A stretch of DNA of 62,898 bases, filler included, from Craspedostauros australis (Eukaryota): NCBI GenBank assembly GCA_030167865.1. It is 5 parts of 5 records of this genome, joined end to end, with 100 filler letters (N's around TTAATTAATTAA, not from the genome) between each part and the next. Parts side by side here need not be neighbours in the genome. Positions count along the whole stretch, not along the records: positions 26,858 to 58,653 come from JALAGF010006065.1; 4 more parts are not named here. One strand, written 5' to 3'. Below, piece by piece: positions 45,017 to 55,504 of the stretch (the first letter of the stretch is position 1; each line of letters opens with the position of its first letter). The notes beneath the pieces are model-generated. The model was not told the origin of the DNA and searched no databases. It was given only the letters and a program-made list of their open reading frames with translations. The position numbers and the translations under genes are program-made.

Positions 45017-46168
45017 TTAACGGAACCCCAGCGCCTTCTTCTGAAGCTTGAAGCGCTCCACGGCGGCCTCGTACAACTCGATGTCCATCTGGTTGTGCTT
45101 CTCGATGATCGCCCTCGTCTCGTTGTTGGGATGAGGCGGCAATTCCATATGGCCACGGCCCGGTCCGCAGTGATTGTTCGACGGCGATTGATTGGAGTGT
45201 GGCAGATGGCAGGCGCGGTGCGATCCAGGAATCGTCGGCGCCATGAAGGGGAACACCTGGGGCAGCATCTTGCCGAACGTGTTGAGCTCTTCCGTGATGC
45301 CGACCATGGTGAAGAAGTTTTCCATGTTGTTGGTCGCCTCTTCGACCATCTCTTTGCGCATGTCGTCGGTAACGTCGACGATGCCGTCTTGCGCTTCATC
45401 GAATTTGGTGGAGGACAGCAAGCTGTAGGTCTCGTGGTTCAGCATCTGCCGCACGCACAGCGAATCCTTCTTCATTTCGTACTGCGCCAGCGTATCTTCC
45501 TCGTAGGCCTTGTAAATGTCCTTGAGCGGTTTGCATCGGTAGCATCCCTTCGTCGCGAAGCGGTAGTTGCTCCACACGCGATCGACGGGATGCCGCAGCA
45601 CCGTGACGGCCGCGAAGTCCGGCAAATCATCGCCCTTGGTCCACCCGAACGTGCTCAGATGCTTGAGCGGCGCGCAGTAACTGAGGAAGGTCGTGCTATC
45701 CAACCGGGCGCGGCACTTCTCATCGCCGGCCAGGCACTTGTTGAAGATCTTGGACGTGCACTCGTGCAGACTGAAATGCCGCGTATCGTAGTGCAGCACA
45801 TGCTGCATGCGCTTCACGCTGCACTTGAGCAGATCGTCGACGGATGTGCCGCCCGTCTTCATGTGGTGCAGGTGCATGAACTGGTGCGGCGGCAGCTTGT
45901 GATCGTCCGGGATCGTGAGGTTGTGCTGCTGCAGCCGTTTCCGCAGTGTTTCGACCATGATGTCGTCGTTCTGCATGCCGGCTTGGGCTGGCAGTTGCCG
46001 GTGCGATGGTATCAAGGCAGCACCCGGCTCCGTTGTTGGACTCAGAGAGGCTGTGGACAGTGCCACAATTGCTGTAGCGACGGCCACCACCGCCACGATG
46101 GCGCCCTTCGCCTTCCATCCTGTGGAGGTCTTGACTTCGGTGCTAGTGTTGTTGGTTGCGTCCGTCAT
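45017..46168 (-). CDS. Golgi-type (type II membrane) sulfotransferase, paralogue A
   Basis: N-terminal TM AIVAVVAVATAIVAL, 5'-PSB-like FMHLHHMKTGGTS, 3'-PB-like TVLRHPVDRVWSNY, FTMVGITEE and HNQMDIELYEAA. Start set at MTDATNN (46168). Confidence 0.88.
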   Translation of the reverse strand: MTDATNNTSTEVKTSTGWKAKGAIVAVVAVATAIVALSTASLSPTTEPGAALIPSHRQLPAQAGMQNDDIMVETLRKRLQQHNLTIPDDHKLPPHQFMHLHHMKTGGTSVDDLLKCSVKRMQHVLHYDTRHFSLHECTSKIFNKCLAGDEKCRARLDSTTFLSYCAPLKHLSTFGWTKGDDLPDFAAVTVLRHPVDRVWSNYRFATKGCYRCKPLKDIYKAYEEDTLAQYEMKKDSLCVRQMLNHETYSLLSSTKFDEAQDGIVDVTDDMRKEMVEEATNNMENFFTMVGITEELNTFGKMLPQVFPFMAPTIPGSHRACHLPHSNQSPSNNHCGPGRGHMELPPHPNNETRAIIEKHNQMDIELYEAAVERFKLQKKALGFR

Positions 46169-46365
46169 GGTTGCTGTCGTTGCTTCTGTCGTTGCTTCTG
46201 TCGTTGCTTCTGTTGTGTTATGGTATGTTGTGGTGGCTGGCTGCTGCTCTCTCTCCTCAGCATGTCTGCAGGCTGCTTCTCTGGAGGTATGGACTGTTCT
46301 CACAAACAAAGCAGGGGAGATCTCAAAAGGGGAGAACATGAAACGAGACATGTGCGTGTCGACCG

Positions 46366-47077
46366 GGGACACCCGGCAAAAAGGGTCGAATTAGTCGATA
46401 TTGGAGATGACTGGCCCAGCCAATTAAAACTTGTTGTAATGGCGATGACAAATATTCCCGCGAAAAGAATGCTCTCGACTCATATTGTTGTTCTCAGGAA
46501 CTCTTCGTGGGTCATAGCTTCGAGTTTCACTGTTGGGAGAATCATGGAGAAACTCCGACAATGACCCTGAAGCACAGCCTCGTGATTTAATCCCNNNNNN
46601 NNNNNNNNNNNNNNNNNNNNNNNNNNNNNNNNNNNNNNNNNNNNGCCGTCGTTCGACTCAAATAGCCGTCACTCGACTCAAATAGCCGTCATTAGATTTA
46701 AATAGCCGTCATTCGACTCAAATAGCCGCGGCTCGACTTAAATAGCCGTCATTAGATTTAAATAGCCGTCACTCGATTCAAATAGCCGTCATTTGATTTA
46801 AATAGCCGTCATTCGAAATATTTAGAATGTCGAACTGCATGGTTTCTTACCTGACGGGACTCGATCAAGCCGGCGAGCTGCATCGTTGCCTCGCTGTGTT
46901 TATCCGAAGTAGGACCAACAGGATGCCTCCATAAGTTCTTCGAAGGAAGACTTGTTCTTCATCGATGTCAAAACGTCGCATGTGGCTTTCTCGTGTCTGA
47001 GTGACAAAATCGTTCTTGGGTGTCGAATTAGTCGTACTAGTCGATTTTCGTTTCCGTTGCTTTTTGCCGGGTGTCCC
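46366..47077. mobile_element. Candidate non-autonomous element bounded by an 18-bp perfect inverted repeat
   Basis: GGGACACCCGGCAAAAAG (46366-46383) and CTTTTTGCCGGGTGTCCC (47060-47077) enclose a gap and the 20-bp array. No target-site duplication seen. Confidence 0.4.
46645..46817 (+). repeat. 20-bp minisatellite, consensus GCCGTCATTCGACTCAAATA, about 8.7 visible copies, abutting an N gap
   Basis: AAATAGCCG recurs every 20 bp with a variable core. Confidence 0.95.
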
Positions 47078-47458
47078 GGAAAGATGCCCTTCGCAGAAGA
47101 GTCACAAATCAACGAGACACTTCCACGACCACGACTTCGTCAACAAAAGATCGACATTCACTCGCACCAGTCGTAGACTGATGTGCCTCTCTGTCATAGA
47201 AAACACGAGAGAGCATCGGTAGGCTTCAACTTGGGGGGTTGTTTATCGTACGTACCAGTACATGCATGCAGGTCACACTCAGCAAGCTCTTCTATTCGCA
47301 TATAATATCTGTTATCATTGCGTGCTTGCTAATCCGCTTGGTGAATATGTTGCGCGCATCGGCGGTACAAATGCTCTGCTCATCATGCCGTCATTCCTGT
47401 TGCTTGTTTCTTCGTTTCCCATCTTTCTGTCCACCAATCATACGTACAAGTACCTACT

Positions 47459-48703
47459 CTACTGGAAACCCAACGCCCGCTTCTCGAGCTGGAAGAGCTT
47501 CTTGGCAGCCTCGTACAACTCGATGTCCAGCTTGTTGTGCTTCTCGATGATCGCCCTCGTCACGTTGTCGGGATGAGGCGGCAACTCCCAGTGGGCGCCA
47601 CCTTCGCCGCAGCGATTGTTCGACGGCGATCGATTGGAGTGCGGCAGATGGCAGGCGCGGTGCGATCCAGGAATCGTCGGCGCCATGAAGGGGAACACCT
47701 GAGGCAGCATCTTGCCGAACGTGTTGAGCTCTTCCGTGATGCCGACCATGGTGAAGAAGTTTTCCATGTTGTAGATCGCCTCTTTGACCATCTCTTTGCG
47801 CATGTCGTCGGACACCTCCAGGATGCCCTGCTTCGCCACTTCGAACTTCTTGGACGAGATCAGGCGGAAAGTCTGCTGATTCATCATTTGGCGAATGCAG
47901 ATCGACTGGTTTCCCATCCTATGGTCCATCAACGTGTTCTCCTCGAACGCCTTGTACACATCCTTCAGTTCCATGCACCGGTAGCACCCCTTCGTCGCGA
48001 AACGGTAGTTGCTCCACACGCGTTCGACGGGATGCCGCAGCACCGTGACGGCCGCGAACGCGGGTCGTTCCGGCGTGCCATGGTCCGTCCCCTTGTTGGG
48101 ATCGTCGATCCAACCCAGCGAATTGAGATCCTTCAGCGGCCCGCAGTAGCTGAGGAAGGTGGTGTTGTCGAGCCTCGCGCGGCATCGCTCATCGCCTTCC
48201 ACGCATTTGCGAAAGAACTTGGCCGTGCACTCGTGCAGGCTGAAATGCTTCGCGTCGTAGCTCAGCACATGCTGCATGCGCTTCACGCTGCATTTGAGGA
48301 GGTCGTCGACGGATGTGCCGCCCGTCTTCATGTGGTGCAGGTGCATGAATTGGTGCGGCGGCAGCTTGTGGTCGTCCGGGATCGTGAGGTTGTGCTGCTG
48401 CAGCCGTTCCCGCAGTGTATCGACCATGATGTCGTCGTTCTGCATGCCGACCTGCGCCGGCAGTTTGCGCTGTGTTTGCATTTCATTTGTGTTCGTGTAC
48501 ACATGTGCATGCGTGCGTGGTTGGTCGGCTGGCGGAATCGACATGGGAGTCGCCGTGCTTGCAGCAGGCGCCATTCTGGCGACTGGATTCAGCACCGTCG
48601 CAGCCAATGCCACAAGCACCATTGCCGCAACCATGAGTGTGGCGCCCACGCCTTTCGTTTCCCAGCCCTTGGTCCGGTCGCCTCTGTCCGTTCTGTCTGT
48701 CAT
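47459..48703 (-). CDS. Golgi-type sulfotransferase, paralogue B (tandem duplicate)
   Basis: Same motifs as paralogue A (HHMKTGGTS, TVLRHPVERVWSNY, HNKLDIELYEAA) with an N-terminal TM; long blocks near-identical to A. Confidence 0.88.
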   Translation of the reverse strand: MTDRTDRGDRTKGWETKGVGATLMVAAMVLVALAATVLNPVARMAPAASTATPMSIPPADQPRTHAHVYTNTNEMQTQRKLPAQVGMQNDDIMVDTLRERLQQHNLTIPDDHKLPPHQFMHLHHMKTGGTSVDDLLKCSVKRMQHVLSYDAKHFSLHECTAKFFRKCVEGDERCRARLDNTTFLSYCGPLKDLNSLGWIDDPNKGTDHGTPERPAFAAVTVLRHPVERVWSNYRFATKGCYRCMELKDVYKAFEENTLMDHRMGNQSICIRQMMNQQTFRLISSKKFEVAKQGILEVSDDMRKEMVKEAIYNMENFFTMVGITEELNTFGKMLPQVFPFMAPTIPGSHRACHLPHSNRSPSNNRCGEGGAHWELPPHPDNVTRAIIEKHNKLDIELYEAAKKLFQLEKRALGFQ

Positions 48704-49403
48704 CTTGATGGTGGATTAGCGTGGAGTGCTCTATTTTATGCTGCTTGCCTCTTCCACGATCGTGTTTTGCGTCTCTCGGCTTTGTGGCTGCCTCTTGAGC
48801 CGACCATCAACTCCTTGGGCTGATCATCGTGTGTGTTGTGATTAAGATGTCATTGCTGTCTCTGCCTGCTCGGTTTGCGCCGCGGTCTCGATGAGAGGTT
48901 CGCAGAAGTTGGGAGGAATGGAAGGGTCTGGCAAAAATGTGAGCGTTCGTTCGGTTCCTCCATTCCGGATGTTCTTGGAATGTGGTCAAAGCAGAACATC
49001 ACGATTCGTTAGCGCCAATACCTATCATAGACATACTGTTGGGCGCGATTCGGACATTTGGAAATGACTCGTTCTCTGGGAACTCTTGACCCAGTCGACC
49101 AAACACATGCTTGTAGTCCAGTGATTCGTAACCACCAACACTTTGCCGTTTCATCTCTTTCGCGATCTGCTCCACGACCAGCAACCAAGGCGACGAGGTA
49201 TCATCCTTGTTTGTTGGTTGGATGCCCAAGCTCGACCTCCTCCATGCGAGGATCCCCCTGTTGATTGGAGGAGGCGAGGACATCACATTGTCAATCATCA
49301 AGCACCTACCACAAGCAAAGAGAAGTGGAACCATTAACACAAGAAGTGTTGCTCTGATGCTGAGTTGCTCTGTTGATTTGTTGCATTGGTATTGAGACGT
49401 TGG

Positions 49404-51296
49404 ATGACACATCAACTGTTCCGCTCAGTCTGCAGACGAAGTCCAAGTACGATAGCCATCATCAGTCGCAGCATTGGCAGTCGCCACATTGCCAATCGCA
49501 TTCACAATCGCGGACGCCGTCATACCAACTCGATCGGAACATCGTGTCGTTCTGCGGTCGCCGTACACTTGCCTTCAACGCAAACCTCACTTCCAATATT
49601 CCCACACAATCCGAGCAGGCCTCACAATACTCTCGGTATCCGATCGCCTCTTTGGTTCAGGTGGGCGTCATTCGATTCTTCACGCAGGCTTCTCCAGCGC
49701 AGTACTAGCATCATGAGTGAGACATCAGCTGCAACGGCAGCACCTGCTGACAACGGCACCGCCAATAGCAACGACACCGGGAATGACAGCGACAAGAAAC
49801 GCCCGCTGAAAGATGATGCGCAAGACACTGCGGCAGTAACCACAGCCTCGACAGACGCAGGCAGTCACAAGGAGAAGGACAGGGATGATGGTGCTCACGC
49901 TGGAAATGATGGTGGGAAGCAAACAACAAAGGAAGGAAACGCGCCGACCAACAAACGCCGCAAAACGAGGAAGGACCGCAAGGAATTCAACCGCACGTGG
50001 CGCAGCTCCACCGATAACGGCAACGCCAACAATGCCAGCAACAACAACGGAGGCAAACCACCACATCAAGGATCTTACGCCAGCTCCGTCCAACGCGAAA
50101 TGTTCCACGAGACGCTGGAAGATCGCACGCCCTTCACCGAAAAGACGTCCAAGAAGAAAATTGCGATGCTCATTGGATTTTTGGGCACGAAGTACGTCGG
50201 CTTTCAGATCAACATTGGGCAGCGCACCTTGCAGGCACATTTGGAATTGGCGCTGTACAAGGCAGGCATGATCAATGACACCAACTTCGGACATCCCTTC
50301 AAGTATTCCTGGGGCAACAGCGCGCGGACGGACAAGGGCGTGCATGCTTGTGCGCAGCTCTGTTCCCTCAAGGTGGAATTGCCCGAAGGCATGATCGATG
50401 ATTACGACGCTATCCGTGAACGGATTCATCAGCATCTGCCGGAGGATATCCGGATACTGGACGTCGTGCGGACGACGCGGAACTTTTGCGCCAAGACCCA
50501 ACGCGACAAGGCCCGCTATCAGTACATGTTCCCGTCCTTCATGCTGCATGCCCAGCCGCGCAAGCTCTTTGAGCAGTTCAACATCCCATTGAAAGGTCGC
50601 AAGGAGGTGGCGAGGCAGCCGCTGTCGGCGGAGGAGATGGAACGATTGAAGCCGACGTTGCGCGAGTATCGGTCAACGCAGGAACAGCGGGATGTATTGC
50701 GCCAAGCATTGTCAAAGTACGAAGGAACGCACTCCTTCCACAACTTCACCAAAGGCGTGCGCTTCGGCGAGGCCACTGCAAAACGATTCATCGTGAGCTT
50801 CGAAGTGCAAGATCCGATCGTCGTGGATGACATCGAATGGATACCGACGCAAGTCGTGGGACAGTCCTTCCTCCTGCACCAGATCCGCAAGATGATCAGC
50901 ATGGCAATGGACGTCGCGAGAGGCGTGGCGCCCGTCGACACGATTTCGCGTGCACAAAGCAAAGAGAGCATCCGCGTGGGATTGGCGCCGGCGCAGGGGT
51001 TGTTCTTGGAATTCTCATGGTACGCACATTACAACCAGAAGAAGATACGGCAGAATCCCAATCTACCTGACCTGGATTGGACGAAGGAGGGACCGGCACG
51101 AGATCGATGGGAGGCGTTCCGCACGCGCATCCGCGAGCACATCGTGCGGGAGGAGAAGGAACAAAGCAACTTCATCCAGTACCTGTACCAGCAGGAGTGC
51201 ATCTTTGACTACCGCACGTACTACCGACTCGACGAGGCGGCAGCATCGGACGGCCTCAACGCAAATGAAGATGCAAAGAAAGCTGACGCCGAATAG
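49404..51296 (+). CDS. PUS1: tRNA pseudouridine synthase, TruA family (PUS1-like)
   Basis: KKKIAMLIGFLGTKYVGFQIN, catalytic SARTDKGVHA, YEGTHSFHNFT, GQSFLLHQIRKMI and APAQGLFL. In-frame ATGs at 49404 and 49713. Confidence 0.93.
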   Translation: MTHQLFRSVCRRSPSTIAIISRSIGSRHIANRIHNRGRRHTNSIGTSCRSAVAVHLPSTQTSLPIFPHNPSRPHNTLGIRSPLWFRWASFDSSRRLLQRSTSIMSETSAATAAPADNGTANSNDTGNDSDKKRPLKDDAQDTAAVTTASTDAGSHKEKDRDDGAHAGNDGGKQTTKEGNAPTNKRRKTRKDRKEFNRTWRSSTDNGNANNASNNNGGKPPHQGSYASSVQREMFHETLEDRTPFTEKTSKKKIAMLIGFLGTKYVGFQINIGQRTLQAHLELALYKAGMINDTNFGHPFKYSWGNSARTDKGVHACAQLCSLKVELPEGMIDDYDAIRERIHQHLPEDIRILDVVRTTRNFCAKTQRDKARYQYMFPSFMLHAQPRKLFEQFNIPLKGRKEVARQPLSAEEMERLKPTLREYRSTQEQRDVLRQALSKYEGTHSFHNFTKGVRFGEATAKRFIVSFEVQDPIVVDDIEWIPTQVVGQSFLLHQIRKMISMAMDVARGVAPVDTISRAQSKESIRVGLAPAQGLFLEFSWYAHYNQKKIRQNPNLPDLDWTKEGPARDRWEAFRTRIREHIVREEKEQSNFIQYLYQQECIFDYRTYYRLDEAAASDGLNANEDAKKADAE

Positions 51297-52272
51297 AAGA
51301 GGTACGACTAGAATATTAGTCTCCTGGACTCCGTGCTCTACTATTGCACAAGTCATGCTCTGCTCCATGAGGAAATCGTGCGTATTGTTTGAACGAGGAA
51401 GCCAACCAGCCATTGCGTCAAACGCTCGATCGGAGCGGGCATGGTTGTTGGTTGTCTGTAGCAACAGAGCCCCTCCCCCCCCTGACTCTCTCTGTGGAGG
51501 CCTTCGTGTTGGTGTTGTGTGGCAACACAGGCGTTCGGCGAGAATCTGATCTGACGTACAGATTTCGGAGCAAGGTCCATTGCGTTCCACGGCCATGGGT
51601 TGGTGAGATGGAAGGCGATCTGCGTCGCATCTCGTGATCGATCGCATCCGTTGCGCTTCTCCCAATGCGCCAACAGTCCTTGGATTCTTGGATTGGTCCT
51701 GCGAGTCGAGGATACCCCGTTCTCATCGTGTTCTGGTTGTGTTCTCGGAGTGTTCTCGCCATCCACAAAGTGATCTTGTGGAGACTTCTCGTTCTGGTTT
51801 GTTTCGTCTTGCGGCGATGTGCTTGGCGAAACAAAACCCGAGAACATGAAGATCTGCACTCCGCGCTGGTGGTCCTCCACTGTGAACATGCCATGCACAA
51901 CGAAACAGAACACGATCGTGGGATGGAGATGAAGGGGTGGAGACCAACAAAGAAAGCAACAGAAGGAGAGCGAAAGACAACGCAAGCCCGAGGCAACGAG
52001 AGAAAGTGAGAGACCACCATGGAAACGAGACAGCAGTACTGCGTATAGTAGTCGTACGTACTGCGAGGATGGAAGTCCACGTTCGGACCCATCAACAAGA
52101 GACATGAGCTTGCTGTTCATCACACGGCACATACTCGCACTGTACTGGTGAAGTTGGGACACACCATCGATGCCTTTGCCATGCCATCTCATACCAACAG
52201 GCGCCACACCATAAAAATGAGTCTCGGCAACTATTCACCCATCCAACCATCGGCCATCAAACTCGTATCAAC

Positions 52273-53688
52273 ATGTCGGTTGTTTCGAACGAACAACTCC
52301 TTGATGCTGCCACGGCAGGTGATGTATCGGTGTTGAAAGAATGGAAGAAGCAGAATGATGGGGTTGATATCAACGAGGTCAAAACCAGTTCTGGTTGGAC
52401 TCCGCTACTTTACGCATGCTTCAACGGCCACTCTGAGTGCGTGGAATACCTCATCGAATCAGCCAAGGCTGATGTCCACTGCAGGGACGGCTATGGTCAC
52501 ACTCCCCTTTATTGGGCATGCCGCAACGGCCATTCTGAATGTGTAGAATACCTCATCGAATCAGCCAAGGCTGATGTCAACTGCAAGAATAACGATGGTC
52601 ACACTCCCCTTCATGAGGCATGCTGCAACGGCCATTCTGAATGCGTGGAGCACCTCATCTCAGCTAGGGCTGATGTTAACTGCAAGAACAAGAACAACAA
52701 AACACCCTTCCAGATGATCAATGTACAAGGTCAGGTCAAAATGATAAAATCAACCATCAGCCGTCTCAGTCACCTACGCTCGCAACTACAGCTTCACAAA
52801 CAAAGCGCCACGAGTACTGCCGCAGCACTATCCAAGCACAACAACCCTCAAGTCCGAACAACGATCAACATTAGCATTGACCAAGATCGTCGCGGCGCTG
52901 TTCACACCGAGGCCCTGGCGGATGTCACCTTCCTGTGTGGGCAAGGCAACGACCAACAACCAATCAAGGCAAACAGTGGGGTCCTCATGATCACCGTTCC
53001 TTCCATTCAGGCATTGATCGACTCCGGAATCCAACATCAGGACGACGATGACAGCGCTGATGCTGTCACTGATCCCACCCACAAACTCGTCCCTCTTCCC
53101 AACCTTCAATCCAAACATGTGCAACATGTCCTCAAATGCATCTACGCAGGTGAGATATCTTTCGACGACATCACTCATGACAGTGGCACAGACCAGCCAA
53201 CTCACACCCTCACTGGACAAGACGATCTGCAACAGCTAATCCTTGTGGCTAACGAGTTTGACTTCTGGCGGCTCAAGTTTGTTCTTGAAGTGGAGATGGC
53301 CCGCAAGCATCTCACAGCGGACACCATGATAGATGTGTTGCTATTCGCCGATCAACACAAGTGTGCACTTTTGAAGGATGCCGCAATGAGGGCGGTAGCT
53401 GAAAACACACAAACCGTGTTCACTCATCCAGATTTCAGCAAGCTGGCTGAACACCCTCAACTGATGATAGGCATTCATGCCCGCTGCAGTGGGGGAACGA
53501 AGAACGATGGGATTGATGACGAGTACAGTGGAATGTCCATGATGGAGTTGTACAGTGTTGTGGATGAAGACGAAGGTAGTCTGCAGGTGGATTCGTACAT
53601 GGATCGAAGCACGTTGTTGGATTTCGTCCGTTCCATCAAATCATCCTCGGCAACTGAGACCAATGGCGCGACAGAGAAAGAGGAGTGA
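52273..53688 (+). CDS. Ankyrin-repeat + BTB/POZ protein (possible Cullin-3 substrate adaptor)
   Basis: Ankyrin repeats with a 102-bp period (52399, 52501, 52603), then BTB-like ADVTFLCG...IKANSGVLMITVP...VLKCIYAGEI...LILVANEFDFWRLK and BACK-like IDVLLFADQHKCALLKDAA. Confidence 0.88.
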   Translation: MSVVSNEQLLDAATAGDVSVLKEWKKQNDGVDINEVKTSSGWTPLLYACFNGHSECVEYLIESAKADVHCRDGYGHTPLYWACRNGHSECVEYLIESAKADVNCKNNDGHTPLHEACCNGHSECVEHLISARADVNCKNKNNKTPFQMINVQGQVKMIKSTISRLSHLRSQLQLHKQSATSTAAALSKHNNPQVRTTINISIDQDRRGAVHTEALADVTFLCGQGNDQQPIKANSGVLMITVPSIQALIDSGIQHQDDDDSADAVTDPTHKLVPLPNLQSKHVQHVLKCIYAGEISFDDITHDSGTDQPTHTLTGQDDLQQLILVANEFDFWRLKFVLEVEMARKHLTADTMIDVLLFADQHKCALLKDAAMRAVAENTQTVFTHPDFSKLAEHPQLMIGIHARCSGGTKNDGIDDEYSGMSMMELYSVVDEDEGSLQVDSYMDRSTLLDFVRSIKSSSATETNGATEKEE

Positions 53689-55504
53689 AGTGATACGGCT
53701 ACGACCCTTGAGAAGCAAACGTATCATGAAAGGAAGGAGATGAACTGGATTAGGAATCGAAGAAGACACAAGACAAGGGATCGGTTCGTCATTAGAACAA
53801 GAGTCAGAGCAGCCGTCATGGTACGAAGAGGCGGCTGGTAATCAATAAAATGCTACGCCCCACATGCTGAGTCATTCTTCGGTTCAACGCTTCCGCGTGA
53901 ATTCAACGAAAACACGAAGGTTGATTCGCGTGTGCAATGAAGTGTTGCAGTTGGTGCATTCGTATTGCGTCACACAATCACTATTTCATGATCAGGTTCA
54001 GTTGTGTGGTATTTGTTGCGATGGGGAGACGGGATCAACTGGAGAATGGCCGTGAATGCCAGTGGGAGAACTGTACGGAATGTGAGCGCCATCGAGCCTT
54101 CGATGGATTCATCATTTCTGCCTTCATCGCCATTTCATCATGCAGAGGCATCTTGCGACAAGCGGACGTTTGTCCAATCTTCAATTCATCCATTGGGCCG
54201 CAGACGAGCCAGCGAGCGAAGCGAGAGTTGTACGCTTCGTCTCGAATTGCCATCGAGATATCACCGCTACTTTCAAGTTGGAAAAGCAAGTCCAGTTGGT
54301 GGCTGTGCACTTGGGGAGTTGAGCAGCACTTCGGGCGGTAGATCTGATGGCCCGTCTGATATCACGGTGGCGTTACCCACCTCATTACACTTCGGATGGG
54401 AGTACCAATCGGGACATGGATGGAATATCGTGCGCTCGCTTGTTTCAGACCTAAACTCTCACAGTGACTGCGATGAAGCGGACAACCACGATGGTAAGTC
54501 CACCGATGACATCTGGACCGGCGAATTCGATTATCTCCGGATCTAGGCTCGTTGCGCCGTTGGGACCGATCCGTGTGAGAAGAGGAGAAAGAGAGGGCCG
54601 GCAAGCGAGTGAGGGGATTTCATGAAGCGCAAACCATGGGGACATCGTATAATAGTATGATATGTCAGTGCAGCGATCATGCAGGCGCCAACAACGAAGC
54701 AATGCTCACCAGGCATCGTCCCTCCACCATCTTCGCTCCCACTGATGCTGTGCACGTTTGATGAAGAATCTTCTTTCGCTCGTTGTCGTTGGCATGCACG
54801 ACACTTGATTCAGTCCAATCAATTGGTTGGGTTCCACGCCTCAGAACCAATTCACCGCAGTGTGCTTGTCTTAAGCAGTGCTCCAGCTCAACGACTTGGC
54901 CAAAGGCATCATCGCATGGAAGATGCGCGGAATGGTTCGTCGAAATCAATGCCAAGAGATCGCGCGCATCTTCAGCAGGATGCTTCGCCTGGCCTCATCT
55001 ACCTCGTCCATCAAGTGCACGTTTGCGCACAACGCACGCAGCTCCCACTCGAACTTGCCGAAGGCGTTTGCGGAAGGAAGTCCGGGTGTGCCGCTGATGT
55101 CGTGGTGGGATACCGCTGTGCATGTGCTGTGCTACGCTGTGCTGTGGTGGGCGTGTCTTGGTTGTTGCTGTTTGTGGCAGTTCTCTTTCCCACGATCTCA
55201 CTGCGCGGACACAAAGTGGCACAGCTCCAACACCAAAGACACGAAATCGTGATGTCTCACGATCCACGAAAATCACAGACGGAAAGGAAAGTCATGATGC
55301 GCGTCACACGACCAGTAACTACGAGGAAGGATAGACCACCCCAACGTCCGCAAACTGCGATGCCTTGCCAATCGTTGTCGGTGCTGGAGTGAGTATAGCG
55401 ATGATGGTGGGAGTATTCTGGAACGGTTGTTGACCTGGTATAACTTTCGCAGCTACCGCACACGCATTGTACATTAATGATACATTCTTCTATCCGTCTC
55501 CAAT

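Noticed and set aside
46645..46817. CRISPR array
   Set aside because: The period is only 20 bp, the variable parts are mutated copies of one another rather than unique spacers, there are no cas genes, and the context is eukaryotic.
45095..48823. Long plus-strand ORFs (489 aa and 428 aa) opposite the sulfotransferases
   Set aside because: Antisense shadows of high-GC3 genes; no motifs, and they mirror the real genes.
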